Below, one piece after another: positions 37,701 to 49,860 of a stretch of DNA of 64,000 bases. A program made the position numbers and the translations under genes. Positions within the stretch are counted from its first letter, which is position 1, and the number at the start of each line of letters is the position of its first letter. Source of the stretch: Azolla caroliniana (Eukaryota; Plantae; Polypodiophyta); the NCBI GenBank assembly GCA_043228905.1, contig JBHGNT010000017.1:10044001-10108000 (forward strand), read 5' to 3'. The notes below the pieces were generated by a model, which worked only from the letters and a program-made list of their open reading frames with translations, did not search any database and was not told the origin of the DNA.

Positions 37701-40094
37701 TTTCATTCACGGAAATTCGAAGCTGCAGAAATCAACTATGAGATTCACGACAAAGAGCTTCTTGCCATTGTGGATTCTTTTCAACAATGGCATCATTTTT
37801 TGGAGGGTTCGTCTCAACAAATCATTGTCTATAATGATCACAAAAATCTAACGTACTTCCAAAGTGCTCGAGTCTTGAGTCGTCGACAAGCTCGTTGGGC
37901 ACAATGTAGTTTTTAACTCGTTTTGACTTCATAATTCTATATTGCCCTGGGACACAACAAGGAAAAGCAGATGCTTTATCTCGGAGTTCATATATGGAAC
38001 TTCAACTAGGAGAGGCCGCATTTGAAAGTTAGAAGCAAATCCTCTTGGGTCCTGACCGTCTACGACTAATGGCTTTTCATGCTATAGACACACCCGGGGA
38101 TTCAAGTCTTCTGGACTCCATTCGGGAGCATATTGAGACTAATGAATTCGCCCAAGATATTCTGAACCATATTATCCCAGATCGTGCTTCTTGTTCACAA
38201 TCTCAAAATCCTCGTCAAGACTACAACCAGTTCAATTGGCATGATGGTTTACTTTTTCAACAAAATCTCTTATATGTGCCTGGTGGTCCTTCTTGACTGC
38301 AAGTCTTGCAACAATGTCATGACACACCAATGACTGTACATTTCGGCATCCACAAGACTTTGGAATTAATTTCTCAAAGGTATTGGTGGCCACGACTTCG
38401 CCATTTTGTTACGGATTATGTTCGTAGTTGTGATACATGTTGCCGATCCAAAAAACCTTGATATTATCCATATGACTTATTACAGCCAATGCCTATTCCT
38501 GAGAGTCCATGGAAATCTATTTCATTGGACTTCATTATGGATCTACCACCTTCCAAGGGTTTTGATTCTATTCTCACAGTAGTAGATCGTTTTACCAAGA
38601 TGGCACATTTTCTTCCCTACACAAAGGCCATTTACGAGCCAAGAGACAGCCGAGTTACTCATGCGAGAGGTGTTTCGGCATCATGGTCTTCCTAATGATA
38701 TTATCAGTGATCGGGGTTCTCAGTTCATCTCAAAATTTTGGCGGCACATGTTCAAACTCTTACATACTTCTTGCAAACTCTCTTCCGGCTACCATCCAGA
38801 AACTAACGGACAGAGTGAGTGCACCAACCAAACAATAGAACAATATTTTCGTTGTTTTGTCAACTATCAACAAGATGATTGGGTTGATCTATTACATTTG
38901 GCGGAATTTGCTTACAACAACTCAGAACTTTCTTCTACTGGATATTCCCCATTTTTTGCAAACATTGGGTACCATCCTCGTTGGAGTATGCTTGAACATC
39001 CCGAACTCCCGACAAACCCGGCTGCTGAAGATCGGCTCACCCGACTCCAAGAAGTTCAAGATATCCTTTTGCACCATTTATGTGATGCTCAAAACACTCA
39101 AAAGAAGGTTGCCGACCGTCATCGACTACGTTTCAAGTGGGAGATCGAGTATGGCTTTTACAAGGTCGCATTAACACAACCCGACCTTGCTGCAAATTGG
39201 ATAATCAATGTTTTGGCCCATATGTGATATCTGGTAAGAATGATATGGCATTTCGCCTTGATCTTCCCCCTCATATGCATCTTCACCCGGTCTTCCATGT
39301 TTCACTTTTGGAGCCATACACAACCAACTCTATTCCAGGCCGTCTTACATCTCCCCCACCTCCAATTGAAGTTTCGGATGGCTCAGAATATGAAGTTGCT
39401 GCCATTCTCGACTCCAAGATCGTTCGCAACAAACTGTATTATTTGGTTGACTGGTTTGGTTATACACCTAATTATCGAACATGGGAACCTCTTGAGAATC
39501 TTGCTAATGCCTCTGAAATGGTTCCTATGTTTCACAACAAATATCCCCATAAGCCAAGTCCGAAATCTTGTCTTCTAACTCGTGGAACTCGTCGTCGAAA
39601 AGGGGGGATAATGTCATGATGACATACATTTTGACCTTACAAGGATATGTCATGACGACATACATTTTGGTCTTACAAAGATTCGAGCCCAAGACGTCTT
39701 GGTCTATATGTTAGACCTTTAACCATTATACTAATATATATGATGTGTAGTTATAATAAATGTATTATTAGTTATTACAAGATAGTTAGAGTATTCCAAA
39801 ACATTCTAGAGTATTCCAGAACATTATAGGATATTCCATTATTATATTAAATATCATAAATTTCTAAAATATTCTAGAACATTCTAGAATACTCCATGAG
39901 GGCCTATAAATAGGTGTCTATTCATTCATCACAACTCATTCGGTTCAACACCAGTTTGTAGCCCCTTAGCCTACTCTTTGTAATCCTTGCTCTCTTATAA
40001 TATAAACTCTCTTTCCATTTCTTGTGTTCTTTCTCTCTCCCTCTACCTTCTATTGTCGTCTTCTTTTTCTCTCTCCTATTCTCAAGTCACGACA
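34327..40094 (+). mobile_element. Full-length Tcn1-like chromovirus (Ty3/Gypsy), decayed
   Basis: LTRs at 34327-34805 and 39612-40094; perfect TSD GCTGA; PPT GAAAAGGGGGGA. Motifs: gag LPAKFDGTRSQFRGF, PR ALLDSGA, RT GPIYNLS/IYLDDI, RH EADASD..NYEIHDKELLAI, INT ISLDFI, chromodomain EYEVAAILDSKIVRNKLYYLVDWFGY...TWEPLENL. Confidence 0.96.
34808..34818 (+). promoter_or_regulatory. Self-priming (Tf1-type) PBS of the chromovirus
   Basis: TTGAACCGAAT is the exact reverse complement of ATTCGGTTCAA at 34633-34643, about 30 nt downstream of the LTR TATAAATA. Confidence 0.8.
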
Positions 40095-42274
40095 GCTGAC
40101 CTCTTCTTCAGAATTCAGAGTGGAGTCATTGGGTACTGGGGGCGAAGACAAGTACCACGAATCGGACTCGTCGAATACAACATCCCGACTTACGCAAGCT
40201 TGTTTGGTTCAGGGGTTATAACACTTATAACTCTTATGTTCATCCGAGTAGCCAACCAAAATACACTTCTCGGCTTTGGCGTCCAGCTTCCTCCGTTTCT
40301 CCTTTGGCACATGCAGATACGTGATGCTACCGAATACCCTCAAGTGTGCAAGGTTCGGCTTCTTGCCGAAGTACAGCTCATGTGGCGACACTCCTCCATT
40401 GGCAGAAGTCCGATTCTAGAAGTAAACAACCATGCTTATGGCTTCAGCCCAATAGAACTTCGGTAGATGCTTCTCTTCAAGCATCGCCCTTGTCGCCTCT
40501 TCGATTGTCTGATTCTTCCACTTGGCCACGCCATTCTGCTATGGCGTGTATCTACACGAGAATTCGCGTCAAATTCCTTCCTTCTATAGATAACTCGCGA
40601 ACTGGTCAGACAAGTACTCCTTCCCGCCATCGGACGGTAGGCACTTGATCTTACACCCAGTTTCCCTTTCCGCAAGGCTCTTTACCTTCAGGAAACACGT
40701 GAAGACTATGCTCTTTTTCGCGATCAAGCACGTTCTGTGCTGATCCCCATACATCTGAATGGATCACATCAAGCGTATTTTGACTCTAGTTACACTCATT
40801 GGGGAATGCAAGTCGGTGATGCTTTCCCAACTGGCAGGCTTCGTAGACTTGGCCCTTTTAGCCACTAAATTTCGGGAAGCCGAAAATGATGTTTTTCGTC
40901 TGCATTTCTCGAAGCTTCGGGAAGTTAACATGGCCAAACCTCTTGTGCCATAGATCGATATCTGATTCGAACTTTTTTTCCTTTCGCGTACATAGCGGTG
41001 CCTACGTCGTTGGTCTCGAGGATAAACATCCTCCCTTCACGGCGCCGTTGCGCGATTATCTTGCCTTCCTCTTCTATGAAGCACCCGAGATGCATGAATC
41101 GAACTTGCATCCCCTGGTCAACGATCTGGCCGACCGACACCAGGTTCTTGGTTATTGTCAGGACATGTAGCACATTCATGAGCTTCCCTTTTTGTCCAAC
41201 GTGACTGAGGGGAACTCACCGACATGTTCGATGGTATGCGGAGTGTCGTCTCTAGTTTCGACCACTCCTTGTTTTTCCAGTCTCTCTAGGTACGAGAAGC
41301 ATTCCTCGTGAATCATATGATTTGACACTCCGGAGTCAACATACCACACCTTGTCTGCTCTAGAGGTGCTCACGGCTATCGAATTAGCCTTGTGCTTCAT
41401 TATGAAGGCTAGGTCCAATCATTTCCAGCTCGTTCGGGGCCTTCCGCGTAGTGCGACCTTTGATGCCTCTTTGCGTCTCTTCAGCTCGATCTAGATTTGT
41501 CGAAATCGGCTCATTTCTTCCAACACTCACTCTCCCTGTGGCGTTTCTTGCCATAGTACTAGCAATCCGTCGCGACCTTCTCTTGCTGGTTTCTGGCACC
41601 GCCATGACTCCCCATGATTCTGGAGGGTTTGGAACTGCTTCCGACATTTTGATTATGTCGCACGTTTTGCTCTTTTCGGCCACCTCCATTGCCCGATCCA
41701 CCACGTCTGCCACAGACAGATCTTTCTGTCGGACATTGTTGAGCTCTTGTTTGAGATGTAGCTTCATGGCTATTGTTCTCATGGTGAAAATCCTCTTGAG
41801 ATTCTCCCACACGTCCTTTGGCATCTTGGCATCCCAAATGTAGCTCAAGAGTTGGTCGCTCACACAAGACGGAAGACAATATAGAACTCTGCTTGTCGCC
41901 TGTTCCTAGGTTGGGAAGTCTCTGTGTGTCGATTTAGGTGTTGTGTCATTAGCTCCCTCGGCATAACTCCACTAGTCGTGCCCAAGCAGGCACTAGTGCA
42001 TCTTGTATGACCAAGATGCATGGTTGCTTCTGTCCAGCTTCTCTGTAGGAAGCGATCTAGTCATCCCTCTATCCATTCTTATTTCTCTTCAGTTCTTCAC
42101 GGCGATGTTTGTCTATTTGTCGGCCATAGAGGATTTCAACCCTCGCGCTCTGGTACCATGTAAAAGAATAGCGTGTGTGGAAGCATAACAGACACAATTG
42201 TGTAACATAGATGACGGAGAGAAGGTTCGACGGAAAGCTTTGAACATGACACAATGTATGCAGGAGAGAGAGAG

Positions 42275-42319
<45 letters not shown>

Positions 42320-42611
42320 AGAACACACAAAACTTAGATTAAAAAATAACTCTCAATCGCTCTGTACAAGATGCGTTGAATCGACGCTTTTTATACAAGA
42401 CCTTATGGACAGACAGAAGTATTGTCAGAGTAATGACACATACTTCAATGCTCATCAATGAGCCTCCTGCACTTAACTCCCAAAATTATTCCCTATGAGA
42501 AATAACACTCTAACACTGTTACGGCCTTTGTGCGTACAGTTTTACACACCTAGTCTATGCACTTGGTTATGCACCCATTTATTCACCCAATGTCGAGCTT
42601 CTATCTCAACA

Positions 42612-42672
42612 AATTTTAACTGCACTGTGACAATCAAAGTGCCATCCACCTTGCTAAGAATGTTGCCTACCG
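42612..42672 (+). mobile_element. Old Tork-like Copia, RNase H remnant (part 3 of 3)
   Basis: LHCDNQSAIHLAKNVAY continues the frame broken at 31888. Confidence 0.8.
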
Positions 42673-42679
42673 TGGATGT

Positions 42680-43330
42680 GGACATGAGGAAACTGGTTTT
42701 TTGTTTTGTGATTAGGATGAGTGACGTTGGAGTGGAGGCTGAAGCAGATTAATATGAGAAGGTGAGGAATTTGTTTACTCATTCTTGGCTGTTAGTACAG
42801 AATTTTTGCGGTAATCGATGAGATGGCAAGAGGGTCGGCAAGATGCTTCAGATGTGGACTGAGTTAAGAAGATGTTATGGTTCTCATAGGTTGAGGGATG
42901 ATGGCGATGGGCATTGAAGCATATATTTCATGACGAGAAGATGAGTGGTGATGGTGTGGGGGTTGAAGCAGATCATGAGGGGATGAGGAAACATTTTTCA
43001 CTTATTTTGTTGTTATTTGCTCAGGACCTTGGCGGTAATCGGTAAGATGGTCAATGCGGATTGAATGAAGAAATTTGTCTATTTTTATGAGTGATGATGG
43101 TGAGGGGGGATGACGCAAATCATGAGGGGATGAGAAACACACTAGACTCATTTTACTATTATTTGTACAGGACCTTGGTGGCAAGCGACGAGATGGTTAA
43201 TGGTGACTGAATGAAGTAGAATTTTGTTTTGTGATAAGGTTAAGTTAAGATGGTGTGGGGGTTGAAGCATATTTGTTTGAGGTGATGAAGACATACATCA
43301 TTTTGTTTTATCGGTAGATGATTGTGGCTT
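42680..43330. repeat. Degenerate tandem repeat region of unknown origin (roughly 150-220 bp period)
   Basis: Recurring TGAAGCAGATCATGAG..GATGAGGAA...CAGGACCTTGGCGGTAATCG..AGATGG-like blocks near 42740, 42960, 43110 and 43260. Confidence 0.45.
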
Positions 43331-44000
43331 AACCAGTTCATGGTTGTTGTGAGAACATGAAGATTGTGATAAACTGGACTGTTGATGGCAGTTTCTACGA
43401 TAAGGTAAGGGGGTGGTATATTCACCAAATGGACGTTGTCGTGCCTTTCGGCTCCGGATCGTTTGCGTGAGTCGGGTGGGAACCACTGGGGTTTTGGACT
43501 AGGAAGAAGAGAGTTTTAAGGCTAATAAGAATATAAATATGTTGTAAGAAAGAGTTATAGCAAACTCGTGAATCCCACGAGTGTATTGTATTAGATTAAT
43601 CAATATGAATATAAGAATATAAACTTCGGTTGAAAGAGAATGATATAGAATTCTCGTGAATCCCACGAGTATAGTTTATTAATTGGTGTTTTTTAGAAAC
43701 ATATCTAGTTTCCAAATATTTTTCACACACAATTACATTGTGCTTCCCATCCTTATGTAGTGATGAGGAAGTCTTAGTAATCCATGCTTTTTCTCTAACT
43801 ATAGACCCCATGCTTTTCCTATAGATAGACTATATGCTTTATCTAAAGTGATCATGCTTTTTTCTAACTTGTGCGTTTTTTATCATGCACGCTAGATGTG
43901 TATGTGTAGCTTTTTCTTTTGTTATGCGTTTTTCTAATGTTTATCCTAGCGTGAATTTACCTTTCTATGTGGGACATCTATGCTTTAACACTAATGAAAT

Positions 44001-44066
44001 GCTAGTGTAATGGTAAGACATTACATTATTAACATGGAGGTGCAAGGTTCGAATCTTGCCCTATGC
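44001..44066 (+). other. tRNA-like (Pol III A/B box) segment inside the LTR; copies at 46791-46856 (+) and 60463-60529 (-)
   Basis: TAGTGTAATGG (A-box-like) ... GCAAG-GTTCGAAT-CTTGC (T-arm/B box). Confidence 0.6.
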
Positions 44067-44166
44067 ATGTTCCATTTATTTTGCTATTTTCTTCTATTTC
44101 TTCATTTTTTATTGAATCTAATACTATATACGTTTTTCACGTAGTGTACAAAATACACTACGACAC

Positions 44167-46188
44167 TCACCCCCTCCAAACCCGCACATCCTCCGGTATG
44201 TGCCGAAGTTGTTGGTGTTTGTTAGTCTCCTCCGTCCGGTCTCTACCCGATTGGTTTCGTTGCCGGCTCGTAGTACCCTCGACTTCTCTTGTTATGTTGA
44301 CTTTGTCTCTCCATTTGGAGCACATCCATTCTTTCCACCCGAACCATTGTCGACATCCGATCCACCATAGTCTTCGTTCGCTTTTTGCATGGCCCGCTTG
44401 GTCCTTGTCATCCGCGGTAGTATCTTTTCTTGCCCTCTTTCTTTTCTTCATCAATCTCGACTTCTTTTCGGATTTTCGGTTTAGTCGGATTAGCTTACTT
44501 CCGATTCGGTCTCGTCGGATCGTCTTTCGTTTAGTTCGGCTTCCTTTCCGATTTGTATTCGGTCGATCCGGACTCGGTTGATCGGTTTTTACCGGTTCAG
44601 TGCTCTTTCGGGTCGGTTTCTTTTCTTTTCTTTTCGTCCGGATTTGCTTTCTTTTCTTCGTTTTCACCTGCCTTGTCCGGTTCGACTTTCGGCACTTCTT
44701 TCCGTTGTTCGCTACGTAGGTCCTCCGATATGTGCTCGTTGTTCGGTCCTCGTGTGGTTGTAATGCATGCTTCTTTTCTCGCCGTAGCGCGTGCTTCTTT
44801 ATTCGCCATAACACGCGTTTCTTTATTCGCCGTAGAGCGTGCTCTGTATTACGCGCTTCTCCCGTCGTAGACCCGACCTCCGCATTGTCGCACTTTCTTT
44901 TAGATTGGAATTTCGGATGGATCATTTTCCATCCGAACCGACTTCCGACTTTACCTTCCTCGCCGCCATCTCCCGTCTCTCCGGTCTCACGTTGGTTCTC
45001 GGACACAACCGCCGAAGTCTCTAGATATTGTTGGCATGAATCCTCGGTATTACCTTCTTTCGTAGTTTCACCCTTAGCATTCTTCTCGGCTATCTCTTCA
45101 TCGTATTCGTCGGCTTCGACATTCATTTTCTCTCCGCCACCTTCCGTCTCTTCGGTCTCACGTTGCCTTTCGATCGCAACCGCCGGAGTCTCTGGAATCA
45201 GTGGTGGGGAAGTCTCAATATGGCAATCCGCCATTGATTCGTCCATAGCCACCTCCGATTCGATTTCGTCTTTTGTGGCTACCTCCTTAATCACATCTGC
45301 TTCACACTCTTTATCTGCATCAATTATGCAAACATCTATTATGCTTACCCCTTTTTGACCCGATGTCTCGGGCACTTGTATCCCGAAATTTCCTTCTACA
45401 CTTGAATTATCGGCCTTATCCTTCGCCATCGTTCTTTCACAAGACGAGTGGGTGTCTTGTTCCACTCTTTCTCCCGTGGTACCATCATGTTGTATTTCGG
45501 CCTTCATATTGGCTTCATCGTTTTTCCTCAATCGACCATCCTTCATGGGCCATGTCGTTGTTGACGAGATTCTCAGCTTCCTTTCATCATGTCTTCGGCA
45601 TACCCTTTCGACTTTAGCCCAATCCTCGGTAAGGCCGTTCGCACCGTCATCATCTTCGAGTTCGATCCCAATGTCCATCCTTTCTTTCTGATCGATCGAT
45701 CTTACGAACATTAAGACTTTATCTCCTCCCACCAATCTTCGTTCCCGCTCCGAGAGTCGAGCAAAACGATGCTCGAACTCTAGGAACGCTTGCGTTGCAC
45801 TTCGGTGAGTCTTCTCCGACGCCACCCATTCGTCGAATTCTCGTCGATCTCGTCCCGTCCATCTCTCATAGTCATATGCCTCCCGTAAAGCTTCTTCAAA
45901 GGACTCCCATGTCGAGTTTTGTTGTTGTATCTTGTGGATTCTCTCTTGTAGTTCGTCCGAGGCCACCCGACTAAAGGATATCACTTGCAATCCTTCCGGT
46001 ATCCGATATTGCATCATCTCCGCCTTATATTCACGTAGGTAGCGTGACACACCCTTACCGTTGAATTCCCCGTTTCGTCGCAGAAGCCGCTCTACTGCCG
46101 CCTTCATCTCCGACATCGCACGTTGTTCTTGTTGCATCCGCTCAAACATTATCATCATCATGTTCATCGCCTCTTGTTGATTCTCCAT
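44167..46188 (-). CDS. Gag-like protein with acidic then basic low-complexity tail; no PR/RT/INT
   Basis: A single open frame fills the whole internal region. The N-terminal FNGKGVSRYLREY...TWESFEEALREAY resembles a retrotransposon capsid. Confidence 0.65.
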   Translation of the reverse strand: MENQQEAMNMMMIMFERMQQEQRAMSEMKAAVERLLRRNGEFNGKGVSRYLREYKAEMMQYRIPEGLQVISFSRVASDELQERIHKIQQQNSTWESFEEALREAYDYERWTGRDRREFDEWVASEKTHRSATQAFLEFEHRFARLSERERRLVGGDKVLMFVRSIDQKERMDIGIELEDDDGANGLTEDWAKVERVCRRHDERKLRISSTTTWPMKDGRLRKNDEANMKAEIQHDGTTGERVEQDTHSSCERTMAKDKADNSSVEGNFGIQVPETSGQKGVSIIDVCIIDADKECEADVIKEVATKDEIESEVAMDESMADCHIETSPPLIPETPAVAIERQRETEETEGGGEKMNVEADEYDEEIAEKNAKGETTKEGNTEDSCQQYLETSAVVSENQRETGETGDGGEEGKVGSRFGWKMIHPKFQSKRKCDNAEVGSTTGEARNTEHALRRIKKRVLWRIKKHALRREKKHALQPHEDRTTSTYRRTYVANNGKKCRKSNRTRQVKTKKRKQIRTKRKEKKPTRKSTEPVKTDQPSPDRPNTNRKGSRTKRKTIRRDRIGSKLIRLNRKSEKKSRLMKKRKRARKDTTADDKDQAGHAKSERRLWWIGCRQWFGWKEWMCSKWRDKVNITREVEGTTSRQRNQSGRDRTEETNKHQQLRHIPEDVRVWRG

Positions 46189-46955
46189 CTCCTTGCCACC
46201 CGCCTTCACGTCGGGTTCACCAACTGTGTCGTGCCTTTCGGCTCCGGATCGTTTGCGTGAGTCGGGTGGGAACCACTGGGGTTTTGGACTAGGAAGAAGA
46301 GAGTTTTAAGGCTAATAAGAATATAAATATGTTGTAAGAAAGAGTTATAGCAAACTCGTGAATCCCACGAGTGTATTGTATTAGATTAATCAATATGAAT
46401 ATAAGAATATAAACTTCGGTTGAAAGAGAATGATATAGAATTCTCGTGAATCCCACGAGTATAGTTTATTAATTGGTGTTTTTTAGAAACATATCTAGTT
46501 TCCAAATATTTTTCACACACAATTACATTGTGCTTCCCATCCTTATGTAGTGATGAGGAAGTCTTAGTAATCCATGCTTTTTCTCTAACTATAGACCCCA
46601 TGCTTTTCCTATAGATAGACTATATGCTTTATCTAAAGTGATCATGTTTTTTTCTAACTTGTGCGTTTTTTATCATGCACGCTAGATGTGTATGTGTAGC
46701 TTTTTCTTTTGTTATGCGTTTTTCTAATGTTTATCCTAGCGTGAATTTACCTTTCTATGTGGGACATCTATGCTTTAACACTAATGAAATGCTAGTGTAA
46801 TGGTAAGACATTACATTATTAACATGGAGGTGCAAGGTTCGAATCTTGCCCTATGCATGTTCCATTTATTTTGCTATTTTCTTCTATTTCTTCATTTTTT
46901 ATTGAATCTAATACTATATACGTTTTTCACGTAGTGTACAAAATACACTACGACA

Positions 46956-47450
46956 ACGTGAAGAATGTGTTTCTTCCAGGTGATCTTGAAGAGCATGTCT
47001 ACATGATCCAGCCCCTTGGTTCTCAGTCAAAGATGAACAAGTCGGTAGTGTGCCGACTCAAGAAGTCTCTCTATGGCTTGAAGCAAACCCTTTGAGTTTG
47101 GAATCGAAAACCACGCATCGGTTGCGTAAGATGGGATTTGCGGCCTCGAAGTCCGACTCGTTGTTGCTCAACCGGAAAGGTGTACGAGGTCCGGTCTGTA
47201 TCTTTCTATATGTGGATGATCCAGTCATCACCGGACCCGAACTCATTGAAATTGGTTGCATGAAGACCCAATTGTCGGATGCATTCGAAATGAAGGACCT
47301 GGGGGACCTTCATTACTTCCTCGAGATCGAAGTGATCCATACCCCCGATGACATATTTCTCTCACAATGACACTATGTGTTGAATATGTTGTACAAGTTT
47401 GGCATGACCAATTGCCGACCATTGTCCACACCCCTGGACCGAAACCTCAA
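46956..47450 (+). mobile_element. Copia RT fragment (begins about 43410, split by the Trp-primed element)
   Basis: GWYIHQMDV|[11 protein letters not shown]...[28 protein letters not shown]. Confidence 0.88.
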
Positions 47451-47985
47451 GTGGCTAACCAAGAAAATGGATCAGTTAAAGGAAGAAACATAGGATCTCT
47501 GGCAACATAGAGAGAGGCTGAAGAAATTGGTAGAGGAGGAAATGGACTAACTCAAGGCCGAATTCCGACATTAGAAGGAAAGAGAGGGTCACCTATGTGC
47601 ACAAGTGACATGCAAATTCAAGGAGCACAAAGCCAATCTCGAGAAATTACATGTGGAGCATAAGGAGTTAAGATCTGACTACTATCAACAGAGAAGATGG
47701 CTAAAGAAGGCCACGGCCAAAGAGAAGGATAGATCCGAGTAATTGGAGATTTAGGCTAAATTGTTCGAAACCAAATGGGTTTAGGCTTGTGAAGAGGTTG
47801 AAAAAGATAAAGAACGACTACTGAAGGAGAAGGAGAGCATTGTAGAAACTTGTAGGCAGAGTATAGACAAGCTCAGTGCCACTTTCCACAAGCAACAATA
47901 GACTTATGAGGAGCAAGCAAAATCGGCAATGGAATTAATAAAACAACTAAAAGAGGAGAAGTAGGAGGTCAGAATCAGGAGTAAA
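47450..47985 (+). pseudogene. Fragment of a G1/G2-type extra coiled-coil ORF
   Basis: KLSATFHKQQ*TYEEQAKSAMELIKQLKEEK*E aligns with G1 KLQSTYEKQKADYEAQAQIMADIIKRARKEKQE. Confidence 0.6.
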
Positions 47986-48029
47986 TTAACAAAGCAATCC
48001 AAACAAAAACAATAATACAAAAAGACTAC

Positions 48030-49650
48030 TCACTTTTGAAATTCTATAACCATTTCATCTAAGCTAAATTCCTTAGCGGACACTCGTAAAAGTACAAATA
48101 TTAATAATCTATCATCTTTTATTCCTTGTAATGACCTCCAAGGAAGTAGCTTCATATCCTCAGCTAATTCTTCTATCAGTAAGTCACTTTTACATGACTT
48201 AGACTTTATCTCCACTTCACGATCCAACTTTTCCTTCTTTGAATGTTGACCGACCGTTTATCTCTTTCCGCTCCCACATACTAAATATTCGATCTTGAAG
48301 ATCCCAAAACTCCCCTGTCTTGAAAGTGACCTGAAACCATGAGTCATACTTTCTCAAGGCTTCAGATTTTGTGCTTTCGTCAACTACTATCCCCACTGCT
48401 AGCAGATTGTCCTTGCAATCTAGGATGCAGCGTAGGACCATATCTCTACAAAGCATCAAGGTACTCGTGATGAAAGAACCCAATGCGCTCTATACATTAC
48501 ATATTTTGTTTGTAGTCATTGTCATTATTGTGGTCCCAAGCTAGCAACTTGGCTTCTTCATGTGTAAGACCGACATACACTTTACATTCTGCATATTTGA
48601 AGAAGGGGGTGAGGGAATATTCCTTGACAAGCTGATGACAGACATCAATAGAGTGGGATCCCCCAATGACATAGTGTGTATAATCATCTGCCTCTACTTG
48701 AAGTCTGCTACAGTTGGGCATTGATCTGGGTCTACCATTACAAGGAATGGCACAATAGTAGCATGTGGATTTATCTTCATCTTGCTTTTCAAATTCTGCA
48801 CATGCACTGCATTGGGGCTCTCTTTTCTCTAAAGCCAGTCTTCTTGTTTCTGGATCGACGGGCGGCCACTGAATAGAACAAACTAGTAAATGAAACAACT
48901 CTCCTTTATCGACAAGTTTAGTCTTTGCGATGTTTTCATGTATCTGATTCTGTTTGGAGGTGAGTATTCCTGAGGCAATCTTCCCACGTGGAGGAATTAC
49001 TTCTAATTGTGTGTCTTCCTCCTCATCTTCTATGAACTCTAAAACTTTGAGTTCATCATCCTTAGGTTGCTGTCGTTTCTTGTATTTCTTATGTGCAGAT
49101 TTTGCTTTTCAAGCAGACTTTGGCAAGGTCTCTGCTTGCGCAACCATGAGTTCTCCTTTAATGTAAGGGCACAAAATGACAATCAAGTTGTTTTCTGTTT
49201 GAACATCTTTTTTTATGGCTTTGGGGTAGTAGGAGTCCATCACAAAATAGCCCTTATCAACTTGAACCCTACGCATTCCCCCCGAGCTCTCAACATCGAG
49301 CAACAAGTTTGGTAAATCATTATCTTCATATTCAACACTCTTTATTTGTCCGTATGTGAAGGTCTTGTCCACTTGCAGTTTCCCCTCACCTTCAGACTTT
49401 GCAAATACGAGGAGCAAGTCCCCCTCTTCCTCTGTATAAATCAATGTCTATTCTAAATGGAGGTAGCTCTTGAGGCGAGACTTATCGGCCAATGTCTTCA
49501 CAATGTTGCCTACTAATGACTTTCATGTTCCGTCACCTCACGACTCAATTAAGGTTCTTCTAGAAGGCTCTTTTGTGACTCTATCGGAAGACTTTTTGGT
49601 TGCGAAGGGAATCTTAAATTTAAATGATGGAACATTTTGACGAGGTTAAC
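48030..49650 (-). pseudogene. Second, diverged copy of the ParB-like gene (N-terminal half; MTase exons absent)
   Basis: YTHYVIGGSHSIDVCHQLVKEYSLTPFFKYAECKVYVGLTHEEAKLLAWDHNNDNDYKQNM and KYDSWFQ match copy 1. It ends at a splice donor in the same position (EFQK|gtgag versus EFNK|gtaag). Confidence 0.8.
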
Positions 49651-49860
49651 TGCAAATAGTAGGCAATAACATAATCATATGAAAATCTTATTGAAAATGG
49701 ATATTAAATGTTAAAACTAGGAAAAGCTTGCTTAAAATCAATATAAAACCCCTTAATTTTAATCTAACTTAGTATTTAAAGAACTAAAAAAATAGTCATT
49801 CAATTGTCAATAAAATTTCTTTCAACCACACATTACACACAAATTTGTGCTCTTTCAACG

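Larger units (their letters stand above)
31889..42611 (-). mobile_element. Decayed full-length Ty1/Copia on the minus strand, inserted in the old Tork-like Copia
   Basis: LTRs at 31889-32332 and 42159-42611; TSD AATTC/AATTT; PBS TGGTACCAGAGC (42147-42158 -); PPT just inside 32333; motifs [42 protein letters not shown]. Confidence 0.92.
43437..46955 (-). mobile_element. Non-autonomous (pol-less) LTR retrotransposon, tRNA-Trp primed, 4-bp TSD
   Basis: 729-bp LTRs at 43437-44165 and 46227-46955 (one difference seen); TSD ACGT (43433-43436, 46956-46959) splitting a Copia HQMDV|KNVFL sequence; PBS TGGTGAACCCGACGTGAA (46205-46222 -); purine-rich tract adjoining 44165. Confidence 0.95.
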
